Assembly (NCBI GenBank): GCA_002269645.1
Contig: NIVC01000598.1
Coordinates: 1 to 64,000, forward strand
Length of the DNA: 64,000 nt
Source of the DNA: Macrostomum lignano
Taxonomy: Eukaryota
Direction: 5' to 3'
Shown here in pieces: positions 11,701 to 21,698 of this stretch. The notes under the pieces were generated by a model. The model was given only the letters and a program-made list of their open reading frames with translations. It had not been told where the DNA came from and did not search any database. Both the position numbers and the translations under genes were made by a program. How positions within the stretch are numbered: position 1 is the stretch's first letter; every line of letters begins with the position of its first letter.

Positions 11701-12868
11701 AAACTCAAGTTTAGCAAAACTCACCGAGAAGTGTGAGCAGCACAAACAGAACTAGCAGCAGGCTCTTCATCTCGGATCTTGTGATCGTGCGGTCCTCTTA
11801 GTGAGTAAAGTTAAACTGGAGCAGCGTGTAGCTGGTGCTGCGAGGTTTCGGGCTCTGAGGGTTGACTTTCACTCTTAAATCCAGTCAAACCAAGCTCTCC
11901 TGTACCGAAGTATCAACTGAGTTGAATGCTGATGTCTATGGCACAAACTTGCGGGGTATTCGGGGACTACAGGGCCGAAAAGCTTCAATTCAATTGTCTA
12001 TGGCCAGGATGCCAACTCTAGGAACTCTAAACTCTCGATACAGTTAAGTGTTTTCTCAGCCATAATACCATAGACACATCAAAGAGACCAATGATTTTGT
12101 TTAAGGCGGATTTATAGATTTTGTTTCGTTAAAGCTGCACTCACAGGCTTATCAACGTTCATGAAATGCTACCGGAGACTACCAATCAAGCAAATTTCCA
12201 GCTAAATTCCGATAATGCATTAACTTTAAGGAAGACTTTTTTTAAGGACGAGGGACGACTCTTATCTTATCATATAACTTTTTTTCTCGATATACTTGCT
12301 TCGTTTGGGATGTAGAAGTCCAGAAGGCGGGGTATTAGAAATTCAGTGATACAAGAAACAAAAGCTTCTTATGTCGTGAGTGCATTTTGCCGAAAAAAAC
12401 AACCCTTACATGCCGATAAACCGATGAGATGGTATTCAATTGATCATGACATCTTTATAGGTGGACACTATAAAAATACCCTGATTTAAAAGATATCTTA
12501 AGAAACTTTAAAATCTAAACCTTGGAAGATGATGCAGAGTAAGAGTAACTAGAGGCGGAACATCACTAGGCTACACTGGAACTACTGATACGACATCAAC
12601 CAGACAAAAGTCTTAGAACGAGTTGGTTTGGTCTGCGCACTAAGGCGGGTCATCAAAAAGTGACCCCATTTGCCCGGCCAACAGCCAACAGGCGCAGGAG
12701 CCGGCCTACATGCAGTCGCAGGTGTACAAGCTGGTGCACGAGCAGGACAACCAGCGCCAGCGCCAGCGCCACCAGAATCACCACCAGCCGCAGCCGCAGC
12801 CGAAGTCGGCCCCGGCCTGGGTGCGCCAGCAATCCGACGGTGACGAGTTTGGCGTGTCCGAGTTCTGA
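5770..12868 (+). CDS. PDZ + ZM-motif protein (Zasp/ALP/PDLIM family), no LIM exons found
   Basis: Exons with GT-AG and consistent phases: 5770-5873, 6278-6426, 7203-7433, 8577-8730, 9639-10167, 12685-12868 (TGA). PDZ: [36 protein letters not shown]...HSEAQDVIKNSGGTLLLNIRR. ZM motif: NKQYNTPINMYSKQNV, followed by QSQVYKLVHE. Two 1-bp deletions (~5803, ~7360) must be corrected. Confidence 0.88.
8195..8576 (+). promoter_or_regulatory. Putative internal TATA promoter and alternative first exon (PDZ-less isoform)
   Basis: TATAAA at 8195-8200. ATG 8304 opens a GC3-rich frame (MPAGSCGSC...) that runs without a stop into exon 4 (VSRSLATMDL). Confidence 0.45.
10513..11267. mobile_element. MITE-like element with ~95-bp imperfect terminal inverted repeats
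   Basis: 10513-10607 (CCGAGCATAAGGTAGAATGCC...TTGACCATAGACAGCA) is the reverse complement of 11174-11267 (TGCTGTCTATGGTCAA...GGCATTCTACCTAATGCTTGG). No coding interior. Confidence 0.65.
11492..11770 (-). CDS. Secreted cysteine-knot (ICK/knottin-like) peptide, nested antisense in the last intron of the PDZ-ZM gene
   Basis: Exon 1 11770-11725, phase-1 GTGAG..TTGCAG intron, exon 2 11613-11492. Product is 55 aa: MKSLLLVLFVLLTLLGCSSACRMYCLGKGWNCFYDFKCCSHKCVMDPISSQKRCL*. Hydrophobic signal peptide, C-X6-C-X5-CC-X3-C-X10-C spacing, AATAAA at 11474-11469. Confidence 0.85.
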
Positions 12869-14866
12869 GCGAGTCGCCCGGGGTTAACCTGGCAACACAT
12901 TTGACAATCTGTTGCGCTCGCGTTGCGCTGAACGCAACTTTTCTTTTAGTCTTCCCGGATCCCCGTTTTGTTTTTCTTTGAGTTCATTTTCTGTCTGTCC
13001 TGTCACCTAGGTTTTTTTTCGCCACGGAATTTTTGCCTTTGCCACTCTGAGTTGCCGGTCTCTCTCTGTTGCCCTATCGCGGTCCCACTTTATGGTCAGT
13101 CGCAGAATGATTCAAGTTTTCTACCGAGTTTCCTCAAGCGAAAAGGAAGCTCGCACCCGGCAAAAAACCTCCCTGTAGCCAAGCCGCTTGCTTTCTGTGC
13201 AGCCCATCTATTTTAATCCCGGAGCACCGCTCTTACACCAAAGTACTTTTAGCCGTGTTTCGATTGACAGCAGAAAACTTATTTTGACAGATGTTTTTTT
13301 ACAAACGAATCCTCTGCCAAGTTTGGTTTTCGATACGGACTTTTTATTTCTGTCCCGCCCAGTAGCAATTTTAGAATAAATTTTACATACACAGACAGCG
13401 TGGGAGCTGCGCGGCGCCTGGTTCATTTCGTACTACCTGATGCAAGGTTATCAAGTGCATCGAAGTCACAACGGTCTCAGCAAGGCAATATTGGATCCCT
13501 CTGAAGTTTGCAATATATCTGTTTATTCTCATTTTCACCCTTTCTCAGCTGGTGCTTCTCACCTAGCATTGGTCAAAGCTCCAGCTCCTCCATGCTGTGA
13601 TGGGGGAGTATTTTAATTTGATGAACACCCGTATCAGTAGTGAAGCGAGTGCTTTTGGTTTCTAATTGCAGAGGCAAAACTGTCACAATTTTTATGGAAA
13701 AAGTCAGCAATCATTTTAGCATATTCTCCTAATTCATTCGGCTTGCGTTCATTTTACTCATTTCCAGCTGATCAACTCCGAGAAGTCATTTTTACGCTAT
13801 AGTATTCTTGAGTTCTTAGCGATAGGCTTTGCCACCGAATTTGCGTTGAGCCCTGCAGTGCGATTTTCACAGCTAGCCGCAATCCGCCTGATCTCGCGCT
13901 TCCCAGTGTGACCCCGCGCCCAGCCACTGCCGCTTCGAATGCCCCCCCCCGCTGCCGCCGTCTTTTTTATCTTCTAGCCCTCTAAAAATATACGCACGCG
14001 CAACTGATGCCGATGCTCTCAGTAAATCAGTACTTTCAGGCGGAAACTGACTTCGATGTTTGTTGCTGACAGCCGAGTCACCTGCTTCGAATATTGTGAA
14101 TTTCAAGCCAAGGGAGACTTAGTAAAGTTTTTAATAGCGGAACTACAATTGAAGACCTGCGCGGTTGGAAAATATATATTGTAGACACATGGTACATACC
14201 GGCGTATTTAGTGTCTCAGCTATATTCTTGATATTGCATCACAAGAGTTGACTACGAGTATGAAGCTCAATTTTGACCAGAGACAGCAGTCTGGTTGCTG
14301 ACCGACGGTATGAATTCAGTTCTGCTGCAGGCTGCTGGAATTCAATTCAATCTGAAGAAGTTTCTTTCTGCTGATGTTCCGGCTGTCGCATGTCCAACTG
14401 CAAAAGCAAATAAAGTTGAACAGGACGGCTCGCATCTGCCACTCAGTATTCCTTGATCGGGTTCTCGAATTTCTCTTCCAGCTTGCAACGAATAATAATA
14501 ATAATTTGAGTTGAATATCGGGAGAATGCTTCTTTAAAGCGGACGCATCTTTGTATTTTTAAAGAATTGCATCGCATTTAGCCCGAGGAACAGAGCTTTA
14601 CAGGGAATACAGGGAATGCTTTACGGGCAATTCAATGTCATACGAGTACAATGATCAGCGCGTGGGGCTATCAGGAAAACGTCACAACACAACGAAATCA
14701 AGTTTTTTAGCTGCTTTTTGATATCTTAGACGTCATCGAATCTTAGCTAAACAGTTGCAAGCTTATCCGGATTTCTAGGTAGAACTGGACAAGCTTATAT
14801 GGATTTCTAAGTAGAACTAGACAAGCTTATCCTGATTTCTTAGTAGAACTGGACAAGCTTATCCTG

Positions 14867-15172
14867 TGTTCTGGAGCTGCCACTGTCTCGTGGTATTTCT
14901 TAAACTTTTCGTTTGCAATAGCTACATGTACGTTCAATTAGGCTAACATATTTATTTTGCTCATACGTACAGTCCCTAATTATTGATCGCACCACTTTCA
15001 TTCTTCACTGATCGCCCCACCCCACATTACGCTCACGTGTATTGTACGCTTTCACTCAGCTCATTAAATATATCGACCCAGAGCATCTCGCTCAAGAGCC
15101 CCTTTTCGTTTTTCATCGTTTCAATAGCGCAGCATATAGTTTGTCTTTCATCTCGAGTTATTCTAGCAACCA
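14867..15172 (+). repeat. 5' LTR
   Basis: TGTTCTGGAG...TAGCAACCA. No difference from the 3' LTR seen by eye. Confidence 0.95.
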
Positions 15173-15174
15173 TT

Positions 15175-15192
15175 TGGTAGCAGAGCGTGGTT
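15175..15192 (+). other. Primer-binding site complementary to initiator tRNA-Met 3' end
   Basis: TGGTAGCAGAGCGTGGTT lies 2 nt after the 5' LTR. TGGTAGCAGAG...GGTT is the reverse complement of the metazoan tRNA-iMet 3' end. Confidence 0.75.
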
Positions 15193-15236
15193 ACTCAAGC
15201 CACAGTACATCGTGTCCAATAGTCTGTTAGATCAGT

Positions 15237-17036
15237 ATGAGCGACGACGAAAAACAGAAGCAAGCGCCAGAGCCCGATGTTGCTTCGCTGAATGCTCTGA
15301 GGCGACAAAAGACCAAGTTCAAATCTGCGCTGACCAAGAATCGAAATAAACTGGCCTGGCTATTACAAGACGGTTCTGACAAGAGCGAAATTCAGCACCA
15401 ATGCGAAGCCGTAACCGAGATCTTCGAGGGAACAATCGAGGCGCTGTATGAGTTGAGCGACGAGTTGCAACGAAACAACAGCGACGCAGCACAGCACTCT
15501 CGGCTGCTCGATGAAATAGAAACCGTCGAGGAGGACTACCGCGTCAGCATGCGAGAGGTCCAGCGTTTCCTAGCAACTCAGCAGTCACCATCTGCAGCGG
15601 CACAAGTTCCTCAGGAGACAGCGGCAGCGTCGGCAGCAGAGCCGGCGGCAGAGTCGGCGGCAGCGACAGCCCAATCGCTGGGTGCAGTCAATCTAGATCG
15701 GCAAATCGGATTCAGTGTTGCAGAGCCGGACTTCATGCGAGGACAGAGACAGCAGAGGCCCTACAGAGACCTAGGTGAGTTTGGCTACCTGCCTTCTTCA
15801 AATCAGCATGCGGGTTTCGAGATGAGAGCGGAGGATCGAACAAGCTCTTCTGAATCAGTAGACGAATGCAGGCTCGGCAACTCTTCGGAGCAAGAGCTGT
15901 CGAAGGATCTCTGGAAGATGTTGCGCAGAGTGGAGATTCCAACATTCTATGGCGACAAGCAACAGTATGAAGCGTGGAAGGCTGCCTTCATGGCTTGCAT
16001 CGATAGGGCTCCAGCAACACCAGAGTTCAAACTGCTGCAGTTGCGTCAGTATTTGCGTGGATCAGCGCTGAAGGTAATAGAGCACTTGGGTCATTCGGCT
16101 GCTGCCTATCAGGCGGCCAAGGAGAGATTGGAGCGTGAGTACGGCGGCAAGCGACGACAGTTGGCGCACTACTTGGAAGAGCTAGATAGTTTTCCACCCG
16201 TGAAGCAGAATAGTGCCGAGGAGCTGAAGAAATTCGCGAACATCCTCGATGTGGCTGTAATTAATTTGGAAGAAGCTGGTAAGAACTCCGAACTTAGTGA
16301 TGGACTGCTTTATGCTAGATTGCAAAAAAAGTTACCAGAGCCGATGGTCGCAGCATTTCGACGATGGATCTTCGAGAAGGCGAAAGCAGAAGGCGTTAGG
16401 ACCCTTCGAGAGTGGGTTTTGCGTGAGGCAGAGTTCCGGACTGAGGCAGCAGAAATTGTGTACGGGGTGGCCGCATCGAGTCAGGAGCAACCAAGAAAGG
16501 ACAGCAAGCAGAAGGCCTTCCATGTAGCACAGCTAAGCAAGAGCTCAAGCAAGGGGAGCTACTCCTGTGTAGTCTGCAAGGAGGCGCACGATCTATGGAA
16601 GTGTCCCGCATTCGGGAAACTGTCGTCTGAGAACAGATGGAAGGCTGCTCAGGAAGCCAAAGCCTGTTTCCGCTGTCTTGGCCATGGTCACAACGGTATG
16701 AACTGCCGACGAGGTCGAAAGTGCGGCGTTGATGGATGCACCAAATCCCACCATCGTCTGCTGCATTCGACAGCAAGGTCGGAATCGAAAGAGAAGTCAG
16801 AAGTCAAAGTCGGTGCTGAGCAAGAAATGCAGTCGAAGCCGAAAGCTGCAACCGTGACAATGGTCGCTAGAGAAGCCAGTGCGGTTTCACTTCGAACGGT
16901 TCCGGTCATTCTTAAGGCGAATAGGCGAGCGGTGAAGGTCAATGCCTTACTTGATGACGCCAGCACAAAGACCTATTTGAATACGGCGATAGCATCCAAG
17001 CTTGGCCTGCACGGAAAACAGGAATCAATCAGGTAA
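15237..17036 (+). CDS. BEL/Pao Gag + N-terminal part of aspartic protease
   Basis: DUF1759-type IPTFYGDKQQYEAWKAAF region. Three Cys/His knuckles: CVVCKEAHDLWKC, CFRCLGHGHNGMNC, CGVDGCTKSHHRLLH. Protease motif ALLDDAS. Confidence 0.9.
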   Translation: MSDDEKQKQAPEPDVASLNALRRQKTKFKSALTKNRNKLAWLLQDGSDKSEIQHQCEAVTEIFEGTIEALYELSDELQRNNSDAAQHSRLLDEIETVEEDYRVSMREVQRFLATQQSPSAAAQVPQETAAASAAEPAAESAAATAQSLGAVNLDRQIGFSVAEPDFMRGQRQQRPYRDLGEFGYLPSSNQHAGFEMRAEDRTSSSESVDECRLGNSSEQELSKDLWKMLRRVEIPTFYGDKQQYEAWKAAFMACIDRAPATPEFKLLQLRQYLRGSALKVIEHLGHSAAAYQAAKERLEREYGGKRRQLAHYLEELDSFPPVKQNSAEELKKFANILDVAVINLEEAGKNSELSDGLLYARLQKKLPEPMVAAFRRWIFEKAKAEGVRTLREWVLREAEFRTEAAEIVYGVAASSQEQPRKDSKQKAFHVAQLSKSSSKGSYSCVVCKEAHDLWKCPAFGKLSSENRWKAAQEAKACFRCLGHGHNGMNCRRGRKCGVDGCTKSHHRLLHSTARSESKEKSEVKVGAEQEMQSKPKAATVTMVAREASAVSLRTVPVILKANRRAVKVNALLDDASTKTYLNTAIASKLGLHGKQESIR

Positions 17037-17038
17037 AC

Positions 17039-20000
17039 GTGTTGAACGGACAGGTGGAAACCTTCATAACAGCACCAGTGTCATGCACCTTGGAGAGTAC
17101 TGACGGCCAAATAAGCAAGGAGATTACTGCGCTGACGGTAGATAGAGTGACAGGGAACATGGAAGTAGTAGATTGGCAAGAATTGGCGTCGAAATGGTCG
17201 CACTTAGCAAACATTCCGTTTCCAAGAATGCAAACGCCAGCGGAGGTTGACTTGCTGATCGGAGTCGATCACCCAGACTTGCATGCATCACAGTTGGAAG
17301 TGACCGGCGACCCCGGAGATCCGCAAGCGCGGCTGACACCTTTAGGTTGGACTTGTATCGGTAGAGTTGATGGAGCTTCGGAGCACGCGTTGTTTGCAAA
17401 CACGTTCTTCAGCCGAGGCGGGTCTGAGAATCTAGCGCCACTGTTACGCCAGTTTTGGGAAGTAGAAGAGGTGAGAAGCATCGAACCATCTTCATTTACT
17501 AATGCAGAGCAGCTCGCTTTGGAAAGAACTCGATCATCGCTAAAGTTCTTCGATGGGCGATACCAAGTTGGCATTCCGTGGAAACCGGATGTCACGTTTA
17601 ATGATAGCAACTTTGAAATGGCTATCAGGCGGCTTGCAAATACCGAGAAGAGGCTCCGCAAAGATCCGGATCTAGCAAAGCAGTATCAGGACGTCATCAG
17701 TCGCTACGAAAATGTTGGCTACATCAGAAGAGTACTGGAGCATGAGCAACAACCAGCGAACAGGTATCACCTTCCTCATTTCCCAGTGGTTCGAATGGAT
17801 AAGGCAACTACCAAAGTGCGCATCGTCTTTGATGCTTCAGCTGGCGGTGAGGAGTCGTTGAATAGCCTGATGCTGGCAGGACCGAAGCTTCAGAAAGATC
17901 TGGTTGATGTGCTCCTGCGCTTCAGGAGGCATCCAGTGGCGGTTGCTTGCGACATTTCTGAAATGTACTTGCAAATCGCGATCGCACCAGAAGATCGGGC
18001 AGCGCACAGCTTTCTGTGGCGGGACATGGATCCGACAAAGGTACCACAGACATTCGAGTTCAACCGAGTGGTTTTTGGAGCAACGAGCTCACCATTTCTG
18101 GCGCAATTCGTGACTCAGGAGCACGCAAAGAAGCTGAAGCAGGAGTTTCCATCGGCCGCAGAAACAGTGCTCCAGTCAACTTACATGGATGACTGCCTGG
18201 ATTCGAAGAAGACTGATTCAGAGGCTATTCAGTTGTATCAGGAGCTGAGCCAATTGTGGGAGCGAGCTGGTATGCACGCTAGGAAGTGGATTTCAAACTC
18301 GAGAGCATTGCTTGCGTGTGTAGCACCAGAGGATAGAGTCGCGGAGGTGAGCCTGGATGGTCAGCCGTTGCCAGTTTCGAAGACGCTTGGAGTAGTCTGG
18401 AAAAGTGAGGACGATGAATTCACCTTTGTTGCTGATAGCGAGCTGAGACCAGTCAAGTCAAAGAGGATTCTGCTAAAGAGATTGGCTTCAATGTACGATC
18501 CTCTCGGATTGATAGCACCTTTCACCGCGCAGGCAAAGATACTACTGCAGGAGCTCTGGTGCAGCGGCCTTGATTGGGATGAAGCGCCGGACGAGGCTCT
18601 GCAAAGGAGGATTCAAGCATGGTGTGCTGACCTGACGAAGCTGAACTGCTTTCGAGTTTATCGCTGTCTGCAGTTCTCTTGCGTACCTACGCAGTCTCAG
18701 CTTCACTGCTTTGTCGATGCTTCGGAGAAGGCCTACGGAGCAGTGTGTTATCTACGATGCAAGTACACCGACGCCTCGATATCCGTTCGGCTCATCGCTG
18801 CCAAGTCTCGAGTTGCACCCATAGCAACTATGAGCATTCCGAGGCTGGAGCTGATGGCAGCGGTCATTGGGCTGAATCTAGCGGTCAAGATTGCCAAGGC
18901 ACTAGAGATGAACATCAAAGATGCGGTATTCTGGTCGGACAGCATGAACGTTCTGTTTTGGATTCGTGGAAGAGGACGCTTCTTTAAACCGTTCGTTGCG
19001 AATCGCATCGGAGAAATCCAGCAGGCAACTGATCCGAACCAGTGGAGACACGTGCCAACGGCGTGCAATCCTGCCGATCTGCTGTCAAGAGGCGCAACGA
19101 TAACTCAGCTGGCCGAGGATCAGAAATGGAAAAACGGTCCAGAGTTTTTACATCATGACGATTACAAGTGGCCAAGTACCAGGTTGGAGCGACCAGCAGA
19201 CCTGGAGACGAAAGGTTCGGCGAAAGATTCAGTCCCGTCCGAAACGGTCATGTCTGCAACAATGGTCACCAGCGAGCAAAGAAAGCATCAAGTAGAGCGG
19301 CTTGATCCGAGCAAGTTCTCCAGCTGGATGAAATTCCTGAGGGTAAATGCCTGGATTAGCAGATTTTCCAACAATTGTCGCTTCGAACCACAGTACCGAA
19401 CTCGAGGAGAGCTGCAGGCGTCGGAGCTAGAAGACGCGGAGTTAAGAATCATCAAGGATGTGCAGCAAGATGCATTCAGCACGGAGCTTTCCGCCTTGAG
19501 GAAGAACAATAGCGTTTCTGAGAGCAGCAAGCTGGCTAGAATGCATCCCAGACTCGATCCTAGCGACGTTCTTCGCTCAGAGAGTCGTCTACAGTTGGCC
19601 GAAGCATTGCCGGTTAGTATCAGATCACCAATCATCTTGCCAAAGTGCCATCACGTGACAGAATTGATAATCAAGCACCATCACGAAAAAGCGTATCACG
19701 CGGGCACCAATCAAGTACTTGCTGCAGTGACTGCTCGATTTTGGATCCCAGCTGCCCGAGAGGCCATCCGAGCTTGGGAAGTCAAGTGTGCTGAGTGCAG
19801 GAGAAGAAAGGCACAGCCAGCTTCGCAGTTGATGGCACCACTGCCTCCCAGTCGGCTAGAACCGTTGAGAGCATTTACGAAAGTATCAATAGATTTCGGA
19901 GGTCCATTCCTGACGAAACAGGGTCGGGGACGTGTGCGTCAGAAGCGGTACTTTGCGCTCTTCACTTGTATGGCAACGCGTGCAGTTCATTTAGAAATGG

Positions 20001-20770
20001 CGTACGGCCTTGATGCAAGCAGCTTCCTAAACGCGTTGTTTCGCATGATCAATCGCCGAGGTCAAGTTCTGGAAATCTTCTCAGACAATGGAACTAATTT
20101 TGTTGGTGCGGATAGAGAACTAAAGGAGCTGTGCAAGTCGATGGACAAGAACGCATTGCAGTCACGCACATCTCACGTACCGATCAAGTGGCACTTTAAT
20201 CCGCCCGCGGCTCCGCACTTCGGCGGCGTGCATGAGTCAATGATAAAATCAGCAAAGAGAGCGATAAACGCGATCCTGAGATCGGCAGAAGTCAGCGATG
20301 AGCAGCTTGTAACAGCATTTACCGGAGCAGAGTTGCTGCTGAACTCACGGCCTTTGACCTACCAGTCGTCCCATCCTGGTGACGATCCGGTCCTGACGCC
20401 AGCGCACTTCCTGTACGGGCACGTTGGCGGACAGCTGGCACCGGAGATCTCGGCTGACGAGGTGTTCAACCCAACCAAGCGGTGGCGCTACGTGCAGCGG
20501 CTGGTGCAGTCGTTTTGGCGGCGATGGCTTCGAGAGTGGCTGCCCGGCCTCGGTGCGAGAACCAAATGGCGGCGAGAGCAGCCCGACCTCAAGCCTGGGG
20601 ACGTCGTGCTGTATGTCTGTCCGGACAGCCCTCGGGGTCATTGGCCACTGGCTCGAGTCCTGGAGGTGTACCCGGGTCGAGACGGCCATGTTCGAGTAGT
20701 AAAAGTGCAGCTGGCGGACAAGGTTCTGACGCGGCCAATCAACAGACTGTGCCCATTGATTACTGATTGA
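17039..20770 (+). CDS. BEL/Pao Pol (protease C-term, RT, RNase H, integrase, DUF5641-like tail)
   Basis: KVRIVFDAS, YMDD, LHCFVDASEKAYG, HH..H..C..C integrase zinc finger, DFGGPF/SDNGTNF/HESMIK (DDE), WRYVQRLVQSFWRRW. This frame is open from 16958. Confidence 0.93.
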   Translation: MLNGQVETFITAPVSCTLESTDGQISKEITALTVDRVTGNMEVVDWQELASKWSHLANIPFPRMQTPAEVDLLIGVDHPDLHASQLEVTGDPGDPQARLTPLGWTCIGRVDGASEHALFANTFFSRGGSENLAPLLRQFWEVEEVRSIEPSSFTNAEQLALERTRSSLKFFDGRYQVGIPWKPDVTFNDSNFEMAIRRLANTEKRLRKDPDLAKQYQDVISRYENVGYIRRVLEHEQQPANRYHLPHFPVVRMDKATTKVRIVFDASAGGEESLNSLMLAGPKLQKDLVDVLLRFRRHPVAVACDISEMYLQIAIAPEDRAAHSFLWRDMDPTKVPQTFEFNRVVFGATSSPFLAQFVTQEHAKKLKQEFPSAAETVLQSTYMDDCLDSKKTDSEAIQLYQELSQLWERAGMHARKWISNSRALLACVAPEDRVAEVSLDGQPLPVSKTLGVVWKSEDDEFTFVADSELRPVKSKRILLKRLASMYDPLGLIAPFTAQAKILLQELWCSGLDWDEAPDEALQRRIQAWCADLTKLNCFRVYRCLQFSCVPTQSQLHCFVDASEKAYGAVCYLRCKYTDASISVRLIAAKSRVAPIATMSIPRLELMAAVIGLNLAVKIAKALEMNIKDAVFWSDSMNVLFWIRGRGRFFKPFVANRIGEIQQATDPNQWRHVPTACNPADLLSRGATITQLAEDQKWKNGPEFLHHDDYKWPSTRLERPADLETKGSAKDSVPSETVMSATMVTSEQRKHQVERLDPSKFSSWMKFLRVNAWISRFSNNCRFEPQYRTRGELQASELEDAELRIIKDVQQDAFSTELSALRKNNSVSESSKLARMHPRLDPSDVLRSESRLQLAEALPVSIRSPIILPKCHHVTELIIKHHHEKAYHAGTNQVLAAVTARFWIPAAREAIRAWEVKCAECRRRKAQPASQLMAPLPPSRLEPLRAFTKVSIDFGGPFLTKQGRGRVRQKRYFALFTCMATRAVHLEMAYGLDASSFLNALFRMINRRGQVLEIFSDNGTNFVGADRELKELCKSMDKNALQSRTSHVPIKWHFNPPAAPHFGGVHESMIKSAKRAINAILRSAEVSDEQLVTAFTGAELLLNSRPLTYQSSHPGDDPVLTPAHFLYGHVGGQLAPEISADEVFNPTKRWRYVQRLVQSFWRRWLREWLPGLGARTKWRREQPDLKPGDVVLYVCPDSPRGHWPLARVLEVYPGRDGHVRVVKVQLADKVLTRPINRLCPLITD

Positions 20771-21379
20771 AGGCTGACTATGACTCACTGATCGATGGAC
20801 TGTAACTGTTAATCCCTGTGTCGATTCGTATTTTCGTTTTCGTCATTTTGTCATTATCATTTTTGTCGCTTTCTAGACAGTGTTTTTTTCGGTATGCGAA
20901 TGATTACTTAGTTTTATTTTGTTTGTTTGTCAAATACGTTTATTTCAGTCATGTTTAAATTTTGAGTTTGGTGTTTGCCTTCGTAATTTAGGTTGTTAAT
21001 TTTTTGAATCGATTATTATTTATATCGTAATCCAAATTTAACCATGTTGCATCGCGATTTCACGTTGTCCTTTGTCTTGTAATCACATCACTCTCTGGTA
21101 ATGGGTTGATCGTCTTAAAATCTTTTTTCGTGAAATGCTATACAACTGCAGTTTATGTTTTCGAACTCAAGCGCGTTTCTTTTTTTTCTACATTTTTCGT
21201 TACTGTAACAGAGCCCACCAAGACAATTTTGTTTAGTCAAGTTTTGTACAAGTACGAATTGCGTAAGTTCTGCGTTATAACTTTTTCTGCATCTTTATCT
21301 CATAGGTTTTGCTTCCACTGCCACTCATTTTCAAAATTACATTTTTGCATCATTATTTTGTTTTTGCCATAGACATGTC

Positions 21380-21390
21380 AAGGTGGGGGG
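21380..21390 (+). other. Polypurine tract
   Basis: AAGGTGGGGGG lies 2 nt upstream of the 3' LTR. Confidence 0.7.
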
Positions 21391-21392
21391 TA

Positions 21393-21698
21393 TGTTCTGG
21401 AGCTGCCACTGTCTCGTGGTATTTCTTAAACTTTTCGTTTGCAATAGCTACATGTACGTTCAATTAGGCTAACATATTTATTTTGCTCATACGTACAGTC
21501 CCTAATTATTGATCGCACCACTTTCATTCTTCACTGATCGCCCCACCCCACATTACGCTCACGTGTATTGTACGCTTTCACTCAGCTCATTAAATATATC
21601 GACCCAGAGCATCTCGCTCAAGAGCCCCTTTTCGTTTTTCATCGTTTCAATAGCGCAGCATATAGTTTGTCTTTCATCTCGAGTTATTCTAGCAACCA
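21393..21698 (+). repeat. 3' LTR
   Basis: 306-bp copy of the 5' LTR, followed by TSD TCCTG. Confidence 0.95.

Larger units (their letters stand above)
14867..21698 (+). mobile_element. Full-length BEL/Pao LTR retrotransposon
   Basis: 306-bp TG...CA LTRs, 5-bp TSD TCCTG (14862-14866 and 21699-21703), PBS, PPT, and Gag-PR-RT-RH-IN domain order with BEL/Pao motifs. Confidence 0.97.

Noticed and set aside
12869-14750. LIM-domain exons or other exons downstream of the PDZ-ZM stop (e.g. exon-like 13393-13620, 14340-14400)
   Set aside because: No LIM Cys/His pattern was found. The isolated splice-like signals could not be assembled into a consistent model.
17000-17040. Canonical programmed -1 ribosomal frameshift
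   Set aside because: GGAAAAC is out of the Gag frame, no in-frame slippery heptamer was found, and the break falls mid-protease.
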